In this document: piece after piece, positions 20,654-28,830 of the stretch
How the letters are laid out: every line of letters begins with the position of its first letter
How positions within the stretch are numbered: the stretch's first letter is position 1
Source: Vulcanimicrobiota bacterium
Lineage (GTDB): Bacteria > Vulcanimicrobiota > Xenobia > Xenobiales > JADMJV01
Direction: 5' to 3'
Assembly: GCA_050250895.1 (NCBI GenBank)
Contig: JBFWNU010000004.1
Span: 494,934-558,933, forward strand
Length of the DNA: 64,000 bases
Position numbers and translations under genes: made by a program
Notes under the pieces: generated by a model
Database searches by the model: none
What the model saw: the letters and a program-made list of their open reading frames with translations, nothing else
What the model was told of the DNA's origin: nothing

Positions 20654-20968
20654 TCAGAGGTGCTCGACCCGGTTGCGCATCTCTTCGGGGTCCATGGCAC
20701 CGTGAATCAGCAGCAGCGCCTGAATCATCTCGCCGAAGGTTCGATGAGCCTGAGGAGTGTAGGCGATCCCCGCGTGCGGCTGGCCCTGGGAGTGAAGGAT
20801 CCAGTAGTCCTCGTCCATGGTGATCATAACTCGACCCTGTTCGGTGGCGAAGGCTAGTTGCGCGGCGTCCGGGTAGCGGAGTCGGCCGGCGTCTCTGGCG
20901 GTCAGCACGTCGACACCCCCCTCCGTGACCGCGGCGGGCACCATCTCGTCGCTGTAAAATTTGATCAC
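20654..20968 (-). CDS. DUF5615 PIN-like toxin (VapC45-like)
   Basis: IKFYSDEMV, DAAQLAFA, GRVMITMDEDY, HAGI; coupled to DUF433 gene. Confidence 0.85.
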   Translation of the reverse strand: MIKFYSDEMVPAAVTEGGVDVLTARDAGRLRYPDAAQLAFATEQGRVMITMDEDYWILHSQGQPHAGIAYTPQAHRTFGEMIQALLLIHGAMDPEEMRNRVEHL

Positions 20969-21246
20969 GCACTTCGAAGCTTCGAGGAGCTTTCGGCCTT
21001 GAGCTTCAGAAAACGCTCCCGCTCTTGTCGCATCTGGCCGCGGATTTCGTCGAGGTGCTCGTAATAGTAGACGAGCGCGGCGTGGACTTCGGCCAGAGAG
21101 AGGTGGAACTCGCGGGCGATCTGAACGGGCGTTTGCTGCTGGTATTCGGTCAGGGCGGCCACATCCTGAACGCGGATGCGGTGGCCTTTAATGCAGGGCT
21201 TGCCGCCGCAGATCCCGGGAGTGCTGGTGATGTATTCAGAAAGCAT
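20965..21246 (-). CDS. DUF433 antitoxin (VapB45-like), copy 1
   Basis: ITSTPGICGGKPCIKGHRIRV, VHAALVYY; start refined to ATG 21246, 7 nt after TG-A-TACAAT. Confidence 0.9.
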   Translation of the reverse strand: MLSEYITSTPGICGGKPCIKGHRIRVQDVAALTEYQQQTPVQIAREFHLSLAEVHAALVYYYEHLDEIRGQMRQERERFLKLKAESSSKLRSA

Positions 21247-21259
21247 CAGGTCCATTGTA

Positions 21260-21910
21260 TCACGATGGGGAACCCCGGTGAGTCTTCCGGGCCCGAGGGT
21301 GGGTTCGGCGATGTTCTCGAGCTACCTCGAGGGCAGAAAGGCGAGTGTAGAGCTGGGTGGTCGAGGCCCGGGCGTGGCCCAGCATCTCCTGGACGTGGCG
21401 CAGGTCGGCGCCGGCCTGCACCAGGTGGCTGGCAAAGGCATAGCGCAGCAGATGCGGAGTGACCTGAGCTTTGAGGCCGGCTCGAAGAGTGGGCGGGCCC
21501 GGGCGAGGTAGAGGCGCAGCAGCTCGGCCAGATGGTCCGAGAGCGGCAGCTTGCGGTCTTTGGCCCCTTTGCCGCGACGCACGTGAAGGATGCCGTCGTC
21601 AAGCTCCAGGTCCACCAGGTCGAGGCCGGCACACTCGGAGCTGCGCACGCCCAGAGCATGGCTCACCGAGTTGGGTGAGTAGAGGCGGCCCTTGGAATTG
21701 GGCTGCCAGAGCATGCGGCTTTGGAAGCGCATCAGGTGGGCCGGCGTGACCTGGTTGGGTTGCTCGCCCTCGCAGCTGGCCTGGAAGAGGGCCAGCCAGT
21801 GGCGGGTCCTCGACGGCCTTGGCCAGGCCGGCTCGGGTGGCCACCCGCCGCACCATGTGGGCCAGGTTGGCTCGGGCCAACGGCTTGCCGTGCTTGCTCA
21901 GAAAGACCCT
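21260..21910 (-). pseudogene. Fragmented XerC/D-like tyrosine recombinase(s)
   Basis: Frames give VFLSKHGKPLARANL; RLYSPNSV; GVRSSE..GKGAKDR; [33 protein letters not shown]. Confidence 0.85.
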
Positions 21911-21958
21911 TGCCGTGCTTGCTCAGAAAGACCCTTGCCGTGCTTGCTCAGAAAGACC
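21884..21958. repeat. 3 x 25-bp perfect tandem repeat CTTGCCGTGCTTGCTCAGAAAGACC
   Basis: Units start at 21884, 21909, 21934. Confidence 0.95.
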
Positions 21959-21960
21959 CT

Positions 21961-22077
21961 GGCCTGGCGCGGGTCGGTCACCAGCTTGACCTGGCCGTCG
22001 GAGCCAACGGTGAAGACGGTGTCGTTGCCTTTGGCGTCGGTGATGGTGACCAGGTTGCCGTTGCTATCGTATTCGAA
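21961..22077 (-). pseudogene. Isolated Rhs YD-repeat fragment
   Basis: Reads FEYDSNGNLVTITDAKGNDTVFTVGSDGQVKLVTDPR. Confidence 0.75.
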
Positions 22078-22141
22078 GCAAGTCGATCGTAGGTCGTCTC
22101 ATAGGTTCGCTGGTAGCCGGCAACACCGGGATCGTCGACGG

Positions 22142-23238
22142 CTACTTCTCGAACTGCCGGCCCTCGCGGTCCCAGAAGGTCAAGCCGTCGGGCGCCGTTC
22201 CGCGGATGAAGAGAAAGCCATCGTGCACGTTGCGATGGCAGCCCGTGCACAGGAAGATGAGATTGGCCGGAACGGTCAGGCCGCCCAGGGCGAAGAAGCG
22301 GATGTGGTGGGACTGAAGCCAGATATGGTTTGGGCAGTCGGGCGTCTGGCAGCAATAGCAGTGAGCCCGCGGGCGTCAGGGTTGAATTTCAGGTTCGGCG
22401 AGACCTCCCAGTGCGCGTCGGCCTGGCAGGCCAGCTGCACGGAGGGATTGCCCGGGCACGCCTCGCCGTCCACCGCAGTCGTGGTAATGAAGAACTCGTC
22501 CCCCGGGGGACGAACGCCCAGCTCTTGAGCCAGTTCGTGAGCCGTCCGGATGGGCCCGGCCAACTTGCGCTGGTGCGAGGCTGCCACGGCGGCGGCTTTG
22601 GCGCGAAGTTCTTCGAGGTCTTTCTCGGTCACGGGCGCGATTTGCAAGCGTTGAGCCAGTAGCAGCTCCAGGGCCTCTTTGAGTTCGACCTTGCGACCAA
22701 ACTCGAGCGACAGCGAATGCAAGACCAACTTCAGGAGTTCGGACGTCTCGGGGTCGAGGTGCAAGGTGATCTCTTCACTCTCGACCTCGGTCGGCGGCCG
22801 CTCGCCGGGCAGGCCGCCCTTAGGAGTGGTGGCCACCAGGCGGCGAATGACGGACGTGCTGTAAAGCGAGGCCAACTCGAGCCACACCAGCTCGGTTTCG
22901 GGAGTGGCTTTGCTGGCGATCTCGCGCAGTTTGGCCCAGCCGATGTCGCCCGCTTCGGCGGCGGCCGTGAGGGCGGGTAGGTCTTCGAGTTGGCGGGCCA
23001 CGCGGCGGCAGGCGTTGGCCTCTTTCTTGGTCACGCCCAGCCGACGGATGGCGTAGTGAATGGGACCGCTGCAGCCAAAGTCCTGGTAACCGCCGGTGGC
23101 CTGAAGGGCCAATAGGCATCGGCCCAGGATGATGCGGTGGATGACCAGACCCGTCGATGCGCGGGCAGCCATGTGGTGGAGAGCTTGGGGTTCGAATTCG
23201 AGGAGAGCTTCACGGGTGTATGTTTGAAGAGGTTTCAT
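22142..23238 (-). pseudogene. DUF222-like/HNH endonuclease, frameshifted near 22360
   Basis: Second frame: CCQTPDCPNHIWLQSHHIRFFALGGLTVPANLIFLCTGCHRNVH..GRQFEK*; TAAAAT 6 nt before ATG. Confidence 0.85.
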
Positions 23239-23645
23239 ACTCCTATTTTATCGAAGCAAAGGCTGTTCGAGCAAAAAATCGAACAGGACCAAACGGCTTG
23301 GTTACAGGGTTTCAGGGATTCCCTGGGGATGATGTCCGACCTTTAAACGAGGCTCGATGACGTTCAAGTCAAAATGCCGAGCAAAGGGCTTCAGCGGGTC
23401 CCTCAGCAGGCCTGGAACGGAGTTTGAGTGACAGATCATCGGAAGGCGTTTTTGCGCTCAGGCCAATCTTTTTTTAAAGGAAGTCCCCCAAGGGACGGCT
23501 CGCGCCAGCCCATCCAGTCGCGTTCGTCAACTAGAGCAAAACCCAAGACGAGGTCGCCACGTCTCAGCACCACCAGGACGACCAGATTCGAAAACAGGTA
23601 CCTCCACTGATCGAGCCCCATTCTCAACTCGCTTCCTCTCACACC

Positions 23646-23857
23646 CTAGACGATACCGGGGTTGGCGGGCTGTATGCTCAACCTGACTTTACGTATCTTG
23701 AGTGCCCGAATGGTCTGGCGGTGAGTTCGCTGGCTTTGCGCCACATAGGCCAAACCAGCGTGCAGCGTAAGACGCCCGGCGGCCTGGCCTGCCAGCACAT
23801 CGACGAGTCCCCGGTGACGGCACGCGGCACCATCTCGTCGCTGCAAAACTTGATCAC
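23646..23857 (-). pseudogene. Degenerate DUF5615 toxin, copy 2
   Basis: MIKFCSDEMVPRAVTG / VDVLAGQAAGRL / HAGLAY pieces with a frameshift and an internal deletion. Confidence 0.75.
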
Positions 23858-24135
23858 GCACTGCCAAGCTTTGAGGGGTTTTCGGCTTTGAGCCTGACAA
23901 ACTCTTCCCGCTCTCGGCGAATCTCGGCCCGAATGGCATCGATATGCTCGAAGTAATAGGCTAGAGCGGCATGCACCTGGGCTAGAGTCAAGTCGAATTC
24001 CTGGGCGATCTGGTCGGGGTTCTGTTGCATCTCTTCACTGAAGATGGCGACATCTTGCACCCTGATGCGGCGACCTCTGATACAGGGCTTGCCGCCGCAG
24101 ATCCCGGGAGTGCTGGTGATGTAATCCGAAAGCAT
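23854..24135 (-). CDS. DUF433 antitoxin, copy 2
   Basis: Paralog of 20965-21246 with the same TGATACAATGGACCTGATG start context. Confidence 0.9.
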   Translation of the reverse strand: MLSDYITSTPGICGGKPCIRGRRIRVQDVAIFSEEMQQNPDQIAQEFDLTLAQVHAALAYYFEHIDAIRAEIRREREEFVRLKAENPSKLGSA

Positions 24136-24164
24136 CAGGTCCATTGTATCACCATGGGGAGCCC

Positions 24165-24262
24165 CGTGGTCGCGCTCAGTTTCTGATATGGGCTCGATGT
24201 GGGTTTGGAATTTGTCCGTGCGTTTCAGTCATGCCTGCCCCCTTCACCGATTGAGCCTTGCT
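24165..24262. repeat. Degenerate non-coding island element, copy 2 (partial)
   Basis: Similarity by eye to 18805-18900. Confidence 0.45.
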
Positions 24263-24477
24263 ATCATCCCCCAGGACAGCCGAGTGCCTTCTCCAGACCG
24301 TCAGGGACTGCGAGTTCTGCCAGATCGCCAGACCCGTTCACTCAGCGCCTGGTAGGAGGTGACTGGCCCAGCCCGGCCGAGGCGACTCAGGCTTCATTTT
24401 GGTTCCTCGGCCGGCAGTAGCTGTCGCGAATCTTGAGGACCTCAGCCTGGCCGGCGTCACGATGAAGGCTGCCCAGA

Positions 24478-24663
24478 CTACCTGTCGAGCCATTTGGACA
24501 ACCGTTGGCGGGCTTCGTCGTGGGTGACGACCCGCCCGGCGACAAGGTCATCGCGGCCCTGTAGGACTTTCTGCTCGAGGTACAGGCGGTAGATGATGTC
24601 TTCCATCGAGGAACCGTCGGGCATCTGGGCCACCAGTTCGAGGACTCGTTGCTTGGGTGTCAT
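24478..24663 (-). CDS. Small antitoxin of the type found before RelE/ParE toxins
   Basis: KQRVLELVAQMPD..EDIIYRLY..GRVVTHDEARQRLSKW; overlapping ATG 24493 reads MARQVVW (ParE-like start). Confidence 0.75.
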   Translation of the reverse strand: MTPKQRVLELVAQMPDGSSMEDIIYRLYLEQKVLQGRDDLVAGRVVTHDEARQRLSKWLDR

Positions 24664-24693
24664 GGCTTCTCGTATTCCATTTCATCCGCCTTG

Positions 24694-24984
24694 TCACCCC
24701 TCGAACTGCCGGCCGTCTCGGTCACCGGCGCGATTTGCAGGCGTTGAGCCAGCAGCATGACCAGGGCCTCTTTGAGTGCCACCTTGCGACCCAACTCGAG
24801 TGATAGCGAATGTAGAACTAGCCGAAGCAGCTCGGTTGTCTCGGGGTCGAGGTGCAAGGTGATCTCTTCGCTCTCGACCTCGGTCGGCGGAATCCCGCCA
24901 GGCAGGCCGCCTTTGGGAGTGGTGGAGGGCTTCGGGTTTAAGGGCGATGAGGGCTTCGCGGGTGTGTTCTTGAAGAGGTTTCAT
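24694..24984 (-). pseudogene. Internally deleted second copy of the HNH gene
   Basis: Keeps start (MKPLQ..EALHH), middle (TPKGGLPG..IAPVTE) and end (GRQFE) of 22142-23238. Confidence 0.85.
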
Positions 24985-25003
24985 ACTCCGATTTTACCGA
25001 AGC

Positions 25004-25110
25004 CCGGCGAAGGAAGTGTCCCGCGAGCCCCTTCTGGCCCGTGGGTTGCTGAGCCGTCACCCAAACCAGCTCGTCTCGCTGCACATTTCACCAGGCCCTT
25101 TCAGCTCACC
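25004..25110. repeat. Degenerate non-coding island element, copy 3 (internally deleted)
   Basis: GAAGTG..CCTTCT..GCTGAGCCGTC..CAGG/GCCCTTTCAG matches 18736-18866. Confidence 0.55.
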
Positions 25111-25361
25111 CAGATTCGAGACCGAGTTGAAAAGCAAGCGCGTCGGCTTGAGACAGATAACTTGCGAGGCCACCTCTTCCGCAAGGCTCGGTTGGCCGGT
25201 CCAATCGGTTGCCACTATCCTCAACGGGATGTGTCATCACTACAATCCCTTTCACAGCTCCAACTTGCACGCGTACAGTTTCCTGAATCCAAACCATCTC
25301 CTGGTCTTGACAGCCTGTCCTCGCGAAGGAGTTGACCAAGTGGTCTAGAAAAGTCGGGGCG

Positions 25362-25817
25362 ATGCTGGCTCGATTTAGTGCTTTCTTTCTGCGACGCCGT
25401 TCGCTGGTCCGCCTGGTGACCCGATTTCACATGCTGGTCTACCGGGCCACCGGCGGCGTAGTGGGCGGTCTCATTGCCGGGGTTCCCAACCTGCTGTTGA
25501 CGACCGTCGGCAGAAAGTCGGGGATCCAGCACACCACGCCGCTGTTCTATCTGCCCGATGGCGACCGCTTCATCGTGGTCGCCTCCTACGGCGGCAACCC
25601 CAACGACCCGGCCTGGTGGAAGAATCTCCAGAAGAACCCCCAGGGGTGGGTCGAGATCGGGTCGCAGCGCATGGCCGTCACGGCCCATCAGGCCGACGAT
25701 GAACTCAAGCGCAAGATGTGGCCGGTCTTCGTGCGCCACTATCCCGCCTACAATGATTACCAGGCCCGCACCGACCGGGTCATTCCGCTGGTGGTGCTCA
25801 AGCCCGAACAGCGCTAA
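25362..25817 (+). CDS. Deazaflavin (F420)-dependent oxidoreductase, Ddn/FDOR-A family
   Basis: LLLTTVGRKSG, VASYGG..PAWWKNL, YQARTDRVIPLVVL. Confidence 0.9.
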   Translation: MLARFSAFFLRRRSLVRLVTRFHMLVYRATGGVVGGLIAGVPNLLLTTVGRKSGIQHTTPLFYLPDGDRFIVVASYGGNPNDPAWWKNLQKNPQGWVEIGSQRMAVTAHQADDELKRKMWPVFVRHYPAYNDYQARTDRVIPLVVLKPEQR

Positions 25818-25823
25818 GTCCCT

Positions 25824-26741
25824 ATGGCCAATGCTCTTTCCATAAGGGGCCTGAAGAAGACCTACGGGGGAAAGGTCGAGGCTCTCAAAGGTGTCGACCT
25901 CGACGTGGCCGAGGGCGACTTCTTTGCCCTGCTCGGGCCCAACGGGGCCGGCAAGTCGACCATGATCGGCATTCTCACCGGCCTGGTGAACAAGACCGGA
26001 GGCACCGTCGAAGTCTTCGGCAAGGATCTCGATCGCGATCCAGCCGGGGTGAAGTCAAGCCTGGGCGTGGTGCCGCAAGAGTTCAACTTCAACGTGTTCG
26101 AGACCGTGATCAACACCGTCATCTTCCAGGCCGGCTACTATGGCATTCCCGCTGCGGTGGCCATGCCCCGGGCCGAGAAGTTGCTCAAGGACCTCGAACT
26201 GTGGGAAAAGCGCGAAGAGCCGGCCCGCAACCTCTCGGGCGGCATGAAGCGGCGCTTGATGCTGGCTCGGGCGCTGGTCAACGAGCCGCGCATGCTGATT
26301 CTCGACGAGCCGACGGCGGGTCTTGATATCGAGCTGCGCCGGGCCCTGTGGGAGTTTCTCACCAACCTCAACGCGGATGGCACCACCATCATCCTGACCA
26401 CCCACTATCTCGAAGAGGCCGAGCACCTTTGCCGCAACGTGGCCATTATCGACCACGGCAAACTGCTCGAGCTGCAGCCCATCGCCGAGCTGCTCAAGAA
26501 GCTCGAGACCCAGACTTTCATCCTCGAGGTCGACCCGCCGCTCGAGCAGGCTCCCCAGGTGAGCGGGTTCGAAGCCGTACTGCTGGGGCCCGACCGGCTC
26601 GAAGTAAGGCTGCCTAAAGACACGACCCTCAATTGCGTGTTCGAGCAGCTCGACGGCATCGGCGTCAGTGGCATGCGCAACAAGTCCAACCGCCTCGAAG
26701 AGCTGTTTATGGACCTGGTGGGCAAGAAGGTGACCCTGTGA
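25824..26741 (+). CDS. ABC transporter ATP-binding protein (YadG-like)
   Basis: GPNGAGKST, LSGGMKRR, ILDEPT, TTHY. Confidence 0.93.
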   Translation: MANALSIRGLKKTYGGKVEALKGVDLDVAEGDFFALLGPNGAGKSTMIGILTGLVNKTGGTVEVFGKDLDRDPAGVKSSLGVVPQEFNFNVFETVINTVIFQAGYYGIPAAVAMPRAEKLLKDLELWEKREEPARNLSGGMKRRLMLARALVNEPRMLILDEPTAGLDIELRRALWEFLTNLNADGTTIILTTHYLEEAEHLCRNVAIIDHGKLLELQPIAELLKKLETQTFILEVDPPLEQAPQVSGFEAVLLGPDRLEVRLPKDTTLNCVFEQLDGIGVSGMRNKSNRLEELFMDLVGKKVTL

Positions 26742-27511
26742 ACTCCCGTCAGTTGTGGGTGGCTTTCTACACCATCGTGCGCAAAGAGATCGTGCGGTAT
26801 CTGCGCATCTGGACCCAGACCATTCTGCCTCCGGCCATCACGATGGGGATCTACTTCGTGGTCTTCGGACGCTTTCTGGGCGACCGCATCCAGAACTTCG
26901 GCGAGCATAGCTACATCGAGTTCATCCTGCCGGGTCTGATCATGATGGCTACCATCACCAACTCGTTTTCCAACGTGGCCAGCTCGTTCTTTAGCGCCAA
27001 GTTCCAACGCTCGGTGGAAGAGATGCTGATCAGTCCCCTCCCCAACTGGCTGATCGTCAGCGCCTATGTGGTGGGCGGCGCCACCCGCGGCATCCTGGTG
27101 GGCATCGTGGTGCTGTTTGTCTCGTTGGCCTTCACCCACCTCAGCGTTCACTCGGTGCTGATTGTCTTCACCTTTTTGATCCTGACCGCCTTGACGTTTG
27201 CCACGGCCGGTTTCGCCAACGGCATGATTGCTCGCAAATTCGACGACATCGCCATCGTGCCGACGTTCGTACTAACGCCGCTGACCTACTTTGGAGGGGT
27301 CTTCTATAAACTGGACCTGCTACCGCCGCTGTGGCAGACGGTTTCGAAGCTCAACCCAATCCTCTACATGGTCAACGGCCTGCGCTTTGGCTTTTTGGGA
27401 GTATCCGATGTCGAGGTCACCCACGGCCTGGTGATGCTGGTCATCTTCCTGGTGGTCATTTTCGTGGTCAACCTGCGCTTGATGGACAAAGGGGTCGGTT
27501 TGAAGTCTTGA
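26738..27511 (+). CDS. ABC-2 transporter permease (YadH-like)
   Basis: RIWTQTILPP, FILPGLIMM, NPILYMVNG; GTGA coupling. Confidence 0.92.
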   Translation: MNSRQLWVAFYTIVRKEIVRYLRIWTQTILPPAITMGIYFVVFGRFLGDRIQNFGEHSYIEFILPGLIMMATITNSFSNVASSFFSAKFQRSVEEMLISPLPNWLIVSAYVVGGATRGILVGIVVLFVSLAFTHLSVHSVLIVFTFLILTALTFATAGFANGMIARKFDDIAIVPTFVLTPLTYFGGVFYKLDLLPPLWQTVSKLNPILYMVNGLRFGFLGVSDVEVTHGLVMLVIFLVVIFVVNLRLMDKGVGLKS

Positions 27512-27545
27512 TAGGACTTGTGCGGCGGCCTCCGAATCCCCGGGC

Positions 27546-28106
27546 ATGAGCGAAGAGACGATCACCGAGAACCCCCCCGACCTCAATCCCATCGGGCACA
27601 TGCTCGACGACTATGTAGCCTGGGTCAACGACCAGGGCGAGGGCGAAGTCAAAGTCGAGTATGACGAGGACGACGACAGCTTTCGGGTGATTCGCAACGA
27701 AGCCAACCCCGTTACCATCTACTCCTCCGAGATCGACCATCAATTCTATCTCGAGGGCCAGGCGGTCTTTGTCGAGGCCGAGGTGGGCGTGCCCAACGAG
27801 TCGCTCAACCTGGCCGACGTGATGCGGTTTTCGGGCGACGAGCTGGTGCTCTCGCGCATCAGCCTGACCGAACGTGACGAAGGCGAGTTCTTGTTGGTGG
27901 TCGAGGCCGCTCTGCCCACCTCGCTAGTGGAGTTTAGCTTGCTCGATCTGATGGTGCGCGAGGTGGCCACCATCGCCTCGGACATCCGCTCGCAACTGCC
28001 CATCGGCGATGCCCAGGAGGCTGACGATGAGGAAGACGACGAGGAAGACGACGAGGATGAGGACGACGAGGGCGACGACGACTACGAAGACATCGGCGAC
28101 GACTAG
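27546..28106 (+). CDS. Very acidic protein, possible YbjN/CesT-like chaperone fold with D/E tail
   Basis: ~140-aa alpha/beta core plus poly-D/E C-terminus. Confidence 0.6.
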   Translation: MSEETITENPPDLNPIGHMLDDYVAWVNDQGEGEVKVEYDEDDDSFRVIRNEANPVTIYSSEIDHQFYLEGQAVFVEAEVGVPNESLNLADVMRFSGDELVLSRISLTERDEGEFLLVVEAALPTSLVEFSLLDLMVREVATIASDIRSQLPIGDAQEADDEEDDEEDDEDEDDEGDDDYEDIGDD

Positions 28107-28260
28107 CCGACCGCGTCAGGGGGCGCGCTCTCGCGCACCTGGGCGACCGCATCTCCGGGGGACAGCTGGGCTTGTAGGTGGCCTGCTTCAGGCGAAGCTC
28201 GGACCATGTCGTGCTGGCTCAGCTTGACCTCGACCGGCCGCGCCAGCAGCCGGTCCCAAA

Positions 28261-28830
28261 ATGAGCATGCAGCACGGCTATCAACCCGACGGCGGACAAG
28301 TGGTGGCCGTGAGCAGCAACCCCGAACACGCTCTGAGCAAAATCCGGCGCAACGAGATTCGCCTGCTGGCCGGGCTGGGAGTCGAGGGGGATGCCCACGC
28401 CGGAGCCACCGTGCAGCACCGCTCGCGGGTGCCTCGCGATCCGAGCCAGCCGAACCTGCGCCAGGTGCACTTGTTGCAGGCCGAACTGCTCGACGAACTG
28501 GCCCGGGACGGACGCCCGGTGCAAGCTGGAGAGATGGGCGAGAACGTGACCACCCGCGGGGTCGACCTGCTCGGCCTGCCCAGCACCACTCGACTGCGGT
28601 TGGGAGCTGACGCGGTGGTCGAAGTGACGGGATTGCGCAATCCCTGCGCTCAGTTGGACGGGCTCTATCCCGGCCTGATGCAGGCGGTGCTGGGGCGCGA
28701 TCCAGAGGGCGGACTGGTACGCCGGGCGGGAGTGATGGCCATCGTCATCGAGAGCGGAACGGTGCGGCCGGGGGACTCCGTCGTGGTCGAGTTGCCGGCC
28801 TCACCGCATGGCCGGCTCGAGCCGGTCTGA
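28261..28830 (+). CDS. MOSC domain protein
   Basis: GVEGDAHAG, RQVHL, GENVTTRG, TGLRNPC. Confidence 0.92.
   Translation: MSMQHGYQPDGGQVVAVSSNPEHALSKIRRNEIRLLAGLGVEGDAHAGATVQHRSRVPRDPSQPNLRQVHLLQAELLDELARDGRPVQAGEMGENVTTRGVDLLGLPSTTRLRLGADAVVEVTGLRNPCAQLDGLYPGLMQAVLGRDPEGGLVRRAGVMAIVIESGTVRPGDSVVVELPASPHGRLEPV

Noticed and set aside
19434-20972. 512-aa Rhs ORF as called
   Set aside because: The first ~120 aa are an off-frame read of the DUF5615 gene; Rhs similarity starts only near 20610
21692-22528. 278-aa plus-strand ORF
   Set aside because: Antisense shadow of the recombinase, YD-repeat and HNH fragments
23350-23642. Short lower-GC ORF(s) between the HNH gene and DUF5615 copy 2
   Set aside because: Possibly a decayed immunity or toxin gene, but no recognisable motif
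25106-25339. 77-aa lower-GC minus-strand ORF at the island edge
   Set aside because: Could be an orphan immunity or toxin remnant, but no supportable family or clear start
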